Shown: one piece after another, positions 9,841 to 18,878 of the stretch
How positions within the stretch are numbered: the stretch's first letter is position 1
Layout of the letters: every line of letters starts with the position of its first letter
From: Aromatoleum sp.
Lineage (GTDB): Bacteria; Pseudomonadota; Gammaproteobacteria; Burkholderiales; Rhodocyclaceae
NCBI RefSeq assembly: GCF_036675785.1
Contig: NZ_JAKFEF010000069.1
Location: 46,239-110,238, forward strand
Direction: 5' to 3'
Length of the DNA stretch: 64,000 nucleotides
Notes under the pieces: generated by a model
Seen by the model: only the letters and a program-made list of their open reading frames with translations
What the model was told of the DNA's origin: nothing
The model's database searches: none
Translations under genes and position numbers: made by a program

Positions 9841-10776
9841 TTACAGCAACTCGTCCCGCGATATCCCGCGGCGCTTGACCGTGCGCCGCAACTGGCCGAG
9901 CGCTTCGAGCTGGATCTGGCGCACGCGCTCGCGCGTCAGGCACAGCCGCGACGCGAGTTCCTCGAGCGTCATCACCTCGCATTCGTCGAGGCCGTAGCGA
10001 TGCCGGATCACGAGGCGCTGCTTTTCGTTCAGCATTCCGATCCACTCCTGGATCAGCGACTCGACTTCGGCGTCGTGGATGTGCGAATCGGGGGGCTCGG
10101 CCTGGTCGTCGGCGAGCGACTCGCCGATCGACAGCGTCGGGTCGATGTCGAGCGGGGCGTCGAGCGAGGCGGTGTGTTCGCTGAGCGCGAGGATCGCCCG
10201 GACTTCGTCGACCGACTTGTCGAGCCGCGACGCGACCTGCTCGAGGGTGAACTCCCCGTTCCCGGACGCTTCGAGATTGCGCTGCGCGCGAAGAACCTGG
10301 TTGAGTTCCTTCACGACATGGACCGGCAATCGGATCGTGCGCGACTGGTTCATGATCGCGCGCTCGATGTTCTGGCGGATCCACCAGGTCGCGTAGGTCG
10401 AAAACCGGAAGCCGCGTTCCGGATCGAACTTTTCGAGCGCGTGCATCAAGCCGAGGTTGCCCTCTTCGACGAGGTCGAGGAGCGGGATCCCGCGGTTGAG
10501 GTAGTGCTTGGCGATATTGACGACCAGGCGCAGGTTGCGCTCGATCATGATCTGGCGGGCGGGAAAGTCGCCGACGCGGACCCGCCGCGCCAGCGCGGCC
10601 TCTTCCTCGGCCGTCAGCAGCGGGTTCGCGCCGATCTCGTTCAGGTAGATCTGAGTGACGTCGCTGAGAAACTCGTTCTCGAAGGCCGGCGCGGCCCGCT
10701 CGACGAACACCTCCACCTCGGGAGGCAGATCCGGTTCCTGACTATCCGCATCGTCACGACTCACCGGATCGTACAT
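9841..10776 (-). CDS. rpoS: RNA polymerase sigma factor RpoS
   Basis: Sigma-70 regions 1.2 to 4 (YLNEIG, GNLGLMHALEKFDPERGFRFSTYATWWIRQ) and a position directly after nlpD. Confidence 0.9.
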   Translation of the reverse strand: MYDPVSRDDADSQEPDLPPEVEVFVERAAPAFENEFLSDVTQIYLNEIGANPLLTAEEEAALARRVRVGDFPARQIMIERNLRLVVNIAKHYLNRGIPLLDLVEEGNLGLMHALEKFDPERGFRFSTYATWWIRQNIERAIMNQSRTIRLPVHVVKELNQVLRAQRNLEASGNGEFTLEQVASRLDKSVDEVRAILALSEHTASLDAPLDIDPTLSIGESLADDQAEPPDSHIHDAEVESLIQEWIGMLNEKQRLVIRHRYGLDECEVMTLEELASRLCLTRERVRQIQLEALGQLRRTVKRRGISRDELL

Positions 10777-10786
10777 AGCCTCCTCG

Positions 10787-11677
10787 TCAGCGTGCTGGCA
10801 GATACTTCATCGGGTCGACCGGACGTCCCTGCTTGCGGATCTCGAAGTGAAGCTTCGGGCGATCCGCATCGGTACTTCCGAGTTCGGCGATTTTCTGGCC
10901 CTTCGCGACCGACTCCCCTTCCTTTACCAGGAGCTGCTGGTTATGTGCATAGGCGGTGAGGTAGTTCGCGTCGTGCTTGATGATGACCAGTTTTCCATAG
11001 CCGCGCAACCCACTTCCGGAATACACCACCTTGCCCCCGGCCGAAGCGATCACCGAGTCGCCGGGCTTGCCCGCGATGTCCAGTCCCTTGTTCGACGCCT
11101 CGTCGAACGTCCCGATTATCTGGCCGTTCGTCGGCCACAGCCATACCGGATCCGACGTAGTCGAGCCATTCGCGGCGTTCGGCGCGGGAGAAGGCTGCGG
11201 GGGCGGTGCAGCCGGAGTCGCCTTCGGCTGGATGGCCGCCCAGGCCTCGTCGCTGTATGGCTGCTTGCCGCCCCGCGGTTCCTGTTTGACCGTCGCCCTG
11301 GCGCTTTCCATGCCGGGCTCCATCTCGATCGGCTGCGAGATCGCGATCGGCTGCACCGTCGTCCCGCTGGGAGGACCGACGAAGATCTCCTGGCCAACGT
11401 GGATCTGGTTCGGATCGGCAAGCTGGTTCCACGCGATCAGGTCCTTCGTCTGGACGCCATAATTGCGCGCGATTCCGAGCAGGGTGTCCCCCGGGCGGAC
11501 GATGTGCACCGGCTGGCCGGTCGAAGACGGCGGGGCGGCGCCGGCACCCCGCTGCGACGAAGGCGGCGTGGTGTCGCGCACCGGGGCCGGCGATGGCGCG
11601 ACACAGCCGGTCAGCAGCGCGGCGAAAAGGACGAGCGTGAGAAATCGCGGGGCGTTCGAATTGTTTTGATGAGTCAT
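10787..11677 (-). CDS. nlpD: LysM/M23 peptidase lipoprotein NlpD
   Basis: Lipobox LLTGC, LysM segment ([17 protein letters not shown]), Pro-rich linker and an M23 C-terminus. Confidence 0.9.
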   Translation of the reverse strand: MTHQNNSNAPRFLTLVLFAALLTGCVAPSPAPVRDTTPPSSQRGAGAAPPSSTGQPVHIVRPGDTLLGIARNYGVQTKDLIAWNQLADPNQIHVGQEIFVGPPSGTTVQPIAISQPIEMEPGMESARATVKQEPRGGKQPYSDEAWAAIQPKATPAAPPPQPSPAPNAANGSTTSDPVWLWPTNGQIIGTFDEASNKGLDIAGKPGDSVIASAGGKVVYSGSGLRGYGKLVIIKHDANYLTAYAHNQQLLVKEGESVAKGQKIAELGSTDADRPKLHFEIRKQGRPVDPMKYLPAR

Positions 11678-12330
11678 TCCATTCCAGTTAGCAAGGGCAC
11701 GAAGCGAACGGCCTCGTACCGGCTCTCCTTGAAAACATTACCTTGACGTTCGACCATCACGAGCCGCTGATCCGCGGTGCCCAGCGGCATCATCAGCCGG
11801 CCCCCGGGCGCGAGCTGCGCCTTCAGCGATGACGGGACACTTTGCGCCGCCGCCGCGACGATGATCGTGTCGAACGGGGCCGCCTCCGGCAGCCCGAGGC
11901 TACCGTCGGCACATTTCAGCCGCACGTTGGGAAGCCTCAACGGCCGGAGGTTTTCGCGGGCGACATCGAGCAACGGCCGAATCCGCTCCACGGCGTACAC
12001 CTCGGTGGCAACGAAGGACAGCACGGCCGCCTGATACCCGCAGCCGGCGCCGACTTCCAGGGTTCGTCCCAACTCGCGCCCGGCGCGCAGGATCTCGATC
12101 ATCCGCGCGACGACGAGCGGCTGCGAAATCGTCTGCTGATAACCGATCGGGAGCGCGGTGTCGTCGTACGCGCTATACGCGAGGCCCTCGTCGACGAACT
12201 TGTGCCGCGGCACCTGCATCATCGCGGCGAGAACGCGCTCATCGGTGATCCCCTGTCCCCGCAAGCGCTCGACCATGCGGCCACGCGCGCGTCCGGCCGC
12301 CTGGCCGGCGTCCCGCGAATGCAGAGTCAT
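11674..12330 (-). CDS. pcm: Protein-L-isoaspartate O-methyltransferase
   Basis: [13 protein letters not shown]...[15 protein letters not shown]. Confidence 0.95.
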   Translation of the reverse strand: MTLHSRDAGQAAGRARGRMVERLRGQGITDERVLAAMMQVPRHKFVDEGLAYSAYDDTALPIGYQQTISQPLVVARMIEILRAGRELGRTLEVGAGCGYQAAVLSFVATEVYAVERIRPLLDVARENLRPLRLPNVRLKCADGSLGLPEAAPFDTIIVAAAAQSVPSSLKAQLAPGGRLMMPLGTADQRLVMVERQGNVFKESRYEAVRFVPLLTGME

Positions 12331-13070
12331 TTACGAATCCACTCGCCGACGGCAGGAATGAGGCCGTTATGGGTCAGATCGATCTGCAGCGGCGTGACCG
12401 AAACGAAACCGTCCGAGACGGCGTTGAAATCCGTCCCGTCTCCCGCGTCCGCTGCCTGCCCGGCGGCGCCGATCCAATACACGGTGTCGTTGCGCGGCGT
12501 AACGCTGCGGATCACCGGTTCCGCCTTGTGCCGCTTGCCGAGGCGGGTGATGCGGGTGCCTTTGAGATCGTCGTAGGGCAGGTCCGGAACATTCACGTTG
12601 AGCAGCACCGGTTGCTGGAACGGGGCGCGCGTGAAGCGCTCGGCGAGATCGCGCGCGACGCGCGCGGCAGCGGAAAAATCGGTCGCCGCCTTGCTGACGA
12701 GCGAAACCGCAATCGACGGCACGCCGAGCAGATAGCCCTCGGTGGCGGCGGCGACAGTTCCGGAGTAGATCGTGTCGTCACCCATGTTCGCGCCATGGTT
12801 CACGCCGGACACGACCATGTCCGGGAGATGGTCCAGCATACCGGTCACGGCGAGGTGGACGCAGTCGGTCGGGGTGCCATTGACGAAGTAGAAGCCGTTT
12901 GCCGAGCGCCGCAGCGACAGCGGCCGGTCCAGCGTGAGCGAATTGCTCGCGCCGCTGCGATCGCGCTCGGGCGCGACGACCGTGACGTCCCCGACCGCGC
13001 TCAGCGCTTCCGCGAGCGCGGCAATGCCGGGCGCAAAATAACCGTCGTCGTTGCTGACCAGAATCCGCAT
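12327..13070 (-). CDS. surE: 5'/3'-nucleotidase SurE
   Basis: [16 protein letters not shown]...[14 protein letters not shown]. Start trimmed to the ATG at 13070. Confidence 0.95.
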   Translation of the reverse strand: MRILVSNDDGYFAPGIAALAEALSAVGDVTVVAPERDRSGASNSLTLDRPLSLRRSANGFYFVNGTPTDCVHLAVTGMLDHLPDMVVSGVNHGANMGDDTIYSGTVAAATEGYLLGVPSIAVSLVSKAATDFSAAARVARDLAERFTRAPFQQPVLLNVNVPDLPYDDLKGTRITRLGKRHKAEPVIRSVTPRNDTVYWIGAAGQAADAGDGTDFNAVSDGFVSVTPLQIDLTHNGLIPAVGEWIRK

Positions 13071-13543
13071 GCTTGTTCCGTTCGGAGCGGCACGTGCTGA
13101 ACGCCGTGCCCGTTGTATCGCCGAGGCGACGGAGGATCTTAGCACAGCGGCACACCGCGCTCAGCGCGTCGTGAGCACCGGACCGGACGACGCTTGCGTC
13201 GTTGAGGTCGCGTGCCGCGGCCGCTCGAACCCCGTCGCCGCGCCCCGGGGCGAGGCAGCCCGAACTTTTTACATCCTCCGGTCCGTCGCGGGTAGCTTTT
13301 ACCGATGCCGCTCGCGGCCGCCTCTGCCGGCCGCCGGCACCTTTCTTGCCGTTCGCGTCACGCAGAAGCGGCAGGAGACGGCCATGAGCGGAGGTTTCGG
13401 CGATCGCGACCTGGAACGCACCAGCGCAGGGCGCCTCCAGCGGCGCTTCGCATGCCGCGGGGGCGCTGCACACCGGGCTCCGGGTCCCGTTAGCCCACGC
13501 GGCGCACGCTCGCCGTCGACCGCGCGGGCGGGTTGATCGAAGG

Positions 13544-13954
13544 ATGCCCGTTCGGGAAAGCGCGGCTCCCATAGAGTCGGTCGTCGTCGCCGGCGAATAC
13601 GGCTACGACCCGACGCACTTCCGGCGGATGCTGGAAGCACAGGCGGTCGATGTCCTGCAGGCGGACGCGACACGCTGCGGCGGCATCACCGGGTTTCTCG
13701 GCGTCGCCGCGCTGTGCGAAGCCTTCCACGTGCCGCTTTCGAGCCACTGCGCGCCGTCCCTGCACCTGCCGCTGTGCTGCGCCGCGCGGCCGACGGTCCA
13801 TCTCGAATATTTCCACGATCACGTGCGCATCGAACAGCTCCTGTTCGACGGCGCCGTGCAACCGTTGGACGGCCTGCTCTCCCCGCTTGACGACCGGCCC
13901 GGCCTGGGCCTCGTGTTCAAGGGACAAGACGCCCGATGCTTCAGGAACCCGTAG
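13544..13954 (+). pseudogene. 3' remnant (about 135 codons) of an enolase-superfamily (mandelate racemase/muconate lactonizing enzyme-like dehydratase) gene
   Basis: VRESAAPIESVVVAGEYGYDPTHFRRMLEAQAVDVLQADATRCGGITGFL...HLEYFHDHVRIEQLLFDG matches only the C-terminal barrel part of the family. No N-terminal capping domain or metal-ligand region is found in any frame upstream. Confidence 0.75.
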
Positions 13955-16872
13955 ACATCAGCGCGCTGTCGCGGCGCGGCGGCGTCGATGCGAAGTCACT
14001 GGAGCGCGAACTTCGCGACGCGATCTCGGGCGAGGTGCGCTTCGACGCCGGCAGCCGCGCGCTCTACGCGACCGACGCGTCGAACTATCGGCAGGTCCCG
14101 ATCGGCGTCGTGATTCCGCGCAGCGTCGACGACGTCGTGCGCACGGTCGCGCTGTGCCGGCAGCATCGCGCGCCGATCCTGTCGCGCGGCGGCGGCACGA
14201 GCCTGTGCGGCCAGTGTTGCAACGTCGCGGTCGTGATGGATTTCTCGAAGTACCTGAACCGCATTCTCGAAATCGACGTCGAGCACAAATTCGCGCGGGT
14301 CGAACCGGGTGTCGTCCTCGACGATCTGCGCGGCGCCGCCGAGCCGCACGGGCTCACGTTCGCGCCCGACCCGGCCACCCACACGCACAACACGCTCGGC
14401 GGCATGCTCGGCAACAATTCCTGCGGCCCGCATTCGGTGATGGGAGGCGAAACGACGCACAATGTCGTCGAACTCGACATCCTGACCTACGACGGCCTGC
14501 GGATGACCGTCGGCGCCACGGACGACGAGACCTTCGAGCGCATCGTCGGCGAAGGCGGCCGGCGGGCCGAAATCTATTGCGAGCTGCGCGATCTTGCCGC
14601 GCGCCACGCGGACGAGATCCGCCGCCGCTTTCCGCCCATCCCCCGCCGCGTATCGGGTTTCAACCTGCCGCCGCTGTTGCCCGAAAACGGCTTCCATGTC
14701 GCCTGCTCGCTGGTCGGCTCCGAGGGCACGTGCGTCACCGTGCTCGAAGCGAAGCTTCGACTCGTCGACTGGCCGCCGGCGCGCTCGCTGCTCGTGCTCG
14801 GCTACCCGAGCGTGTTCGAGGCGGCAGACCACGTCCCGATGGTCATGGAAGCCCGGCCGATCGCGCTCGAAGGCTTCGACGATCGTCTCATCGCGGACAT
14901 GAAGGCGATGCAGCTCCATCCGCGCAACATCGCTCTGCTCCCCGAGGGCGCCGGCTGGCTGCTCGTCGAGTTCGGCGGCGCCGACGGCGCGCAGGCCGAC
15001 GAACGCGCGCAAGCCCTGATGGACCGGCTGCGGCAAACACCGCTACCGCCGCAGATGGCGCTCTACCACGATCCGCGAGAGCAACAGCAGATCTGGAAGG
15101 TCCGCGAGTCCGGACTCGGCGCCACCGCGCACCTGCCGGACAAGCCGCTCACGTGGGAGGGCTGGGAGGACTCTTCGGTGCCGCCGGAGAGACTCGGCGA
15201 ATACCTGCGCGAGTTGCGCGCGCTGCTCGAAAAGCACGGTTACGAAGGCGACCTGTACGGCCACTTCGGCCAGGGCTGCGTGCATACGCGCATCGATTTC
15301 GATCTCGAAAGCGCGGACGGCATCCCCAGGTTCCGCGAATTCATCCACGCCGCCGCACGGCTCGTGACGCGCCTCGGCGGGTCGATCTCGGGCGAGCACG
15401 GCGATGGCCAGTCGAAGGCGGAACTGCTCCCAATCATGTACGGCGACGAGGTGATGCAGGCGTTTCGCGAGTTCAAGACGATCTGGGACCCGGGCAACCG
15501 GATGAATCCCGGCAAGGTCATCGACGCGCACCGCGCCGACGAGGACTTGCGCCTCGGCATCGCCTACGATCCCCCGCGCGTCGCGACGCAGTTCGCGTAT
15601 GGCTCGGACAACCACGACTTCGCGCGTGCGCTGCTGCGCTGCGTCGGGGTCGGAGAATGCCGCGGCAAAACCGGCGTGATGTGCCCGAGCTACATGGCGA
15701 CCGGCGAGGAAATGCATTCGACGCGCGGTCGCGCGCGGCTGCTGTTCGAGATGTTGCGCGGCGAAACGCTCACCGGCGGCTGGCAGGAACCGGCCGTCAA
15801 GGAGGCGCTCGACCTCTGCCTGTCGTGCAAGGGCTGCAAGGGCGAATGCCCGGTGCACGTGGACATGGCGACGTACAAGGCAGAGTTCCTGTCGCACTAT
15901 TACGAAGGACGCCGGCGGCCCGCGGCGGCCTACGCGTTCGGGCTGATCGACCGCTGGGCGCGGCTCGCGTCGCGCATGCCGCGCGTCGCGAATTACTTCT
16001 CGCAGCACGAGCCGTTCGCCGCGATCGCGAAGCGGGTGATCGGGATCGCGCCGCAGCGCTCGCTTCCGGCCTTCGCGGTGAAACCCTTCACCCACACTTT
16101 CTGCAATCGCCGCGGCGCCGGCACGCCGGTGATCCTCTGGCCCGACACGTTCAACAACTACTTTCACCCGGAAGTCGCGCAGGCGGCCGCTGAAGTCCTC
16201 GACGGCGCCGGTTTCGAGGTGCGCGTGCCGCGCATCCACCTGTGCTGCGGGCGGCCGCTGTACGAATTCGGCATGCTCGACCGCGCCCGCCAATACCTGC
16301 TCCGCATCCTCGACACGCTCGACGCCGAAATCCGCCAAGGCATTCCGATCGTCGGCCTCGAGCCGGCCTGTGTCACCGTCTTTCGCGAGGAGCTCCCCGA
16401 GATCCTGCCGGACAACGAGCAGGCGATGCGGCTGAGCCGGCTGGTTTTCCCGCTCGCCGAATTTCTCGCGCAGCACGCGCCCGACTTCCCGTTCGCGCCG
16501 CTCCGCCGCGAGGCGCTGGTCCACGGCCACTGCCACCAAAGGGCGATCCTTGGAATGGACGCCGACGCCGCGCTGCTGGGGAAGCTCTGCCTCGATTTCC
16601 GCATCCTCGATTCGGGCTGTTGCGGCATGGCGGGCTCGTTCGGTTTCGAGAAGGCGAAGTACGAAGTTTCGCTGCGCTGCGGCGAGCGCGTGCTGCTGCC
16701 CGCGGTCCGCAAAGCCGACGACAGCACGCTGATCATCGCCGATGGGTTCAGCTGCCGCGAACAGATCCTGCAGACGACGCCGCGCCGGCCGGTCCATCTC
16801 GCGCAGGTGCTGCGCCTCGCGATGACAGCCAAGCCGGCCGCCACCCGGATCTCGCCGGAGCGGCGCGAGTGA
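13936..16872 (+). CDS. FAD-binding (PCMH/GlcD-like) plus 2x[4Fe-4S] plus CCG-domain (GlcF-like) fusion oxidoreductase, YdiJ-like
   Basis: 978 aa. FAD domain (PIGVVIPRSVDDVVRTVALCRQHRAPILSRGGGTSL), ferredoxin motifs (CVGVGECR..., CLSCKGCKGECP) and CCG motifs (HLCCGRP, SGCCGMAGSFG). Confidence 0.9.
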   Translation: MLQEPVDISALSRRGGVDAKSLERELRDAISGEVRFDAGSRALYATDASNYRQVPIGVVIPRSVDDVVRTVALCRQHRAPILSRGGGTSLCGQCCNVAVVMDFSKYLNRILEIDVEHKFARVEPGVVLDDLRGAAEPHGLTFAPDPATHTHNTLGGMLGNNSCGPHSVMGGETTHNVVELDILTYDGLRMTVGATDDETFERIVGEGGRRAEIYCELRDLAARHADEIRRRFPPIPRRVSGFNLPPLLPENGFHVACSLVGSEGTCVTVLEAKLRLVDWPPARSLLVLGYPSVFEAADHVPMVMEARPIALEGFDDRLIADMKAMQLHPRNIALLPEGAGWLLVEFGGADGAQADERAQALMDRLRQTPLPPQMALYHDPREQQQIWKVRESGLGATAHLPDKPLTWEGWEDSSVPPERLGEYLRELRALLEKHGYEGDLYGHFGQGCVHTRIDFDLESADGIPRFREFIHAAARLVTRLGGSISGEHGDGQSKAELLPIMYGDEVMQAFREFKTIWDPGNRMNPGKVIDAHRADEDLRLGIAYDPPRVATQFAYGSDNHDFARALLRCVGVGECRGKTGVMCPSYMATGEEMHSTRGRARLLFEMLRGETLTGGWQEPAVKEALDLCLSCKGCKGECPVHVDMATYKAEFLSHYYEGRRRPAAAYAFGLIDRWARLASRMPRVANYFSQHEPFAAIAKRVIGIAPQRSLPAFAVKPFTHTFCNRRGAGTPVILWPDTFNNYFHPEVAQAAAEVLDGAGFEVRVPRIHLCCGRPLYEFGMLDRARQYLLRILDTLDAEIRQGIPIVGLEPACVTVFREELPEILPDNEQAMRLSRLVFPLAEFLAQHAPDFPFAPLRREALVHGHCHQRAILGMDADAALLGKLCLDFRILDSGCCGMAGSFGFEKAKYEVSLRCGERVLLPAVRKADDSTLIIADGFSCREQILQTTPRRPVHLAQVLRLAMTAKPAATRISPERRE

Positions 16873-17792
16873 GCGTCTGGCTCCAGTCCGCCCTCGCTCC
16901 GCGCGGTCCGGAAGCGGCGGCGATCGCCGAAATCACCTGGGTCCTCGTCGCCGCGGGCGCGGTGATCTTCGCGATCGTGCTCGTGATCGCCGCGCTCGCG
17001 CTGTTCCGGCCGCACGCCTGGCTCGGCAGCACCCGCCTCATCGTCGCGGGCGGCATCGTCTTTCCGGTCGTCGTGCTGTCGGCGCTGCTCGTCTACGCGC
17101 TGCTCGCGGCGCCGCGGCAGGCCGCCGCCGGACCCGCGGACGTCGTCGTCGAAGTGGTCGGCCACCAGTGGTGGTGGGAGGTGAATTATCTCGACGACAG
17201 CGGCGCGCCCGACTTCACGACGGCGAACGAGATCCACATCCCGGTCGGTCGGGAAGTCGAGCTGAGGCTGCACTCGGCCGACGTGCTGCACAGCTTCTGG
17301 GTGCCCGCGCTCGCCGGCAAGCTCGACCTGATTCCCGGCAAGGACAACCGGCTGCGCCTCGCGGCCGATCAGGCGGGGACGTTCCGCGGCCAGTGCGCCG
17401 AGTATTGCGGCGGACCCCACGCGCAGATGGCGCTTTTCGTCGTCGCCGAAGATCCCGCGCGTTTCGACGCGTGGCGAACGGCGCAGCGCGAACCGCAGCG
17501 AGGCATCGCTGACCCGCAGGCGACCGAGGGCAGGCAGCTCTTCCTCGCCCATTGCGGGTCGTGTCACACACTGCGCGGGACCGTGGCCGAAGGGAAGCTC
17601 GGACCGGATCTGACGCACTTCGGCAGCCGCATCGCGCTCGGCGCCGGCATCCGGCCGAACCACACGGGCGCGCTCGCCGGCTGGATCGCCGGCAACCAGC
17701 GGATGAAGCCGGGCAACCTGATGCCGGAAATCCGCGATCTGGATGGCGACGAACTGCGGACGCTGTCCGATTGGCTCGGGACGCTGAAGTAG
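16869..17792 (+). CDS. Cytochrome c oxidase subunit II with C-terminal haem c domain (caa3-type IIc)
   Basis: GTG start overlaps the upstream stop (GTGA). Two TM helices, CuA motif HSFWVP...CAEYCGGPHAQM, and a C-terminal CGSCH. Confidence 0.9.
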   Translation: MSVWLQSALAPRGPEAAAIAEITWVLVAAGAVIFAIVLVIAALALFRPHAWLGSTRLIVAGGIVFPVVVLSALLVYALLAAPRQAAAGPADVVVEVVGHQWWWEVNYLDDSGAPDFTTANEIHIPVGREVELRLHSADVLHSFWVPALAGKLDLIPGKDNRLRLAADQAGTFRGQCAEYCGGPHAQMALFVVAEDPARFDAWRTAQREPQRGIADPQATEGRQLFLAHCGSCHTLRGTVAEGKLGPDLTHFGSRIALGAGIRPNHTGALAGWIAGNQRMKPGNLMPEIRDLDGDELRTLSDWLGTLK

Positions 17793-18878
17793 ATGCTCGA
17801 GAACCTCTCCGTGTGGGGCAACGTCGGGGTTTTCGCGCTCGGCGCGGCGATCGTGTGGGCGGCCGGCACACGGGTCGCCCGCTATGCCGATGCAATCCAG
17901 CGCCGCACCGGGATGGGCGAGGCGGTCGCCGGGATGCTGCTCCTCGGCCTGATCACCGCCCTCCCCGAAGTGGCGGTCACCGTGACCGCTTCGCACAGCG
18001 GCGACGCGACGCTGGCCGTCAATAACATCCTCGGCGGCTTGGCGCTGAATGTCGCGATCCTCGCGAGCGCGGATGCGGCGATTCGCCGGGAAGCGCTCAC
18101 CGCGACGGTCGCTTCGGCGCTGCCACTGCTGCAGGGTGCGCTGCTGGTGCTGATGCTCTCGATCGCCGCCGCGGCGACGGTCGCGGGAGACCGGCAGATC
18201 TTCGGCGTCGGCATTTGGTCCTGGCTGCTGCTCGGGATCTATGGGCTGAGTGTCGAGCTCGTCCGCAAGACCCGCGGCCACGAAGCGTGGGTGCCGACGA
18301 AAGGCAAGGCGCTCGCCGGCGCAACGAGTGCTGCGCAGCGCGGTGACAGCGCCAAGACGGGCGAGAGGAACGAAAGGGCCAGGAGCGAAAGGGACAGGAG
18401 CGGCTCTCCGCTCCCGGCCTTGATCGGCAAGACCGCGCTCGGCGCCGGCGCGATCCTCGCTGCGGGCTACGCGATTGCCCGCAGCGGCGAGGCGCTCGCC
18501 GAGCAGACGGGGCTCGGCGCGAGCTTCTTCGGCGCGGTATTCCTCGCGGTATCGACCTCGCTGCCCGAGATCACGATCGTCTTTTCGTCGGTCCGCCTCG
18601 GCCGCTATGCGATGGCGGTGTCCGACATCCTCGGCGCGAACCTCGTCGGCCTGACCCTGCTCTTCGTCGCCGACGCGGCGTACCGCGGCGGTCCGGTATT
18701 GGCGCAAGTCGACCGTTTCGGGACGTTCGCCGCACTGCTCGCGATCGCGGTGACCGCCCTCTTCATCGCCGGCCTCCTCGAACGGCGCCACGCGATGGTG
18801 CTGCGCATGGGCGTCGACTCGCTCGCCGTGATCGGCACCTACCTCGCCGGCGTCGTCGTGCTGTATCGCCTCAAATGA
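17793..18878 (+). CDS. CaCA-family (YrbG/Na+:Ca2+ exchanger-like) cation antiporter
   Basis: Two internal halves carry alpha-repeat-like motifs GLITALPEVAV and AVSTSLPEITIV, joined by a charged central loop. ATG immediately follows the TAG of subunit II. Confidence 0.8.
   Translation: MLENLSVWGNVGVFALGAAIVWAAGTRVARYADAIQRRTGMGEAVAGMLLLGLITALPEVAVTVTASHSGDATLAVNNILGGLALNVAILASADAAIRREALTATVASALPLLQGALLVLMLSIAAAATVAGDRQIFGVGIWSWLLLGIYGLSVELVRKTRGHEAWVPTKGKALAGATSAAQRGDSAKTGERNERARSERDRSGSPLPALIGKTALGAGAILAAGYAIARSGEALAEQTGLGASFFGAVFLAVSTSLPEITIVFSSVRLGRYAMAVSDILGANLVGLTLLFVADAAYRGGPVLAQVDRFGTFAALLAIAVTALFIAGLLERRHAMVLRMGVDSLAVIGTYLAGVVVLYRLK

Noticed and set aside
13243-13265. Sequence ccggggcgaggcagcccgaact, which resembles the 3' end of tRNA-Pro (tcggggcggcgggattcgaact) and could be an att-type direct repeat bounding the 13-27 kb block.
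   Set aside because: Only about 14 of 22 positions match, which is easily reached by chance in GC-rich DNA, and no integrase gene is present.
18369-18398. A tandem 15-nt duplication (aacgaaagggccagg / agcgaaagggacagg) inside the CaCA gene.
   Set aside because: It is in frame, encodes NERAR/SERDR in the hydrophilic central loop, and has only two copies. This is an ordinary low-complexity loop expansion, not a regulatory repeat.
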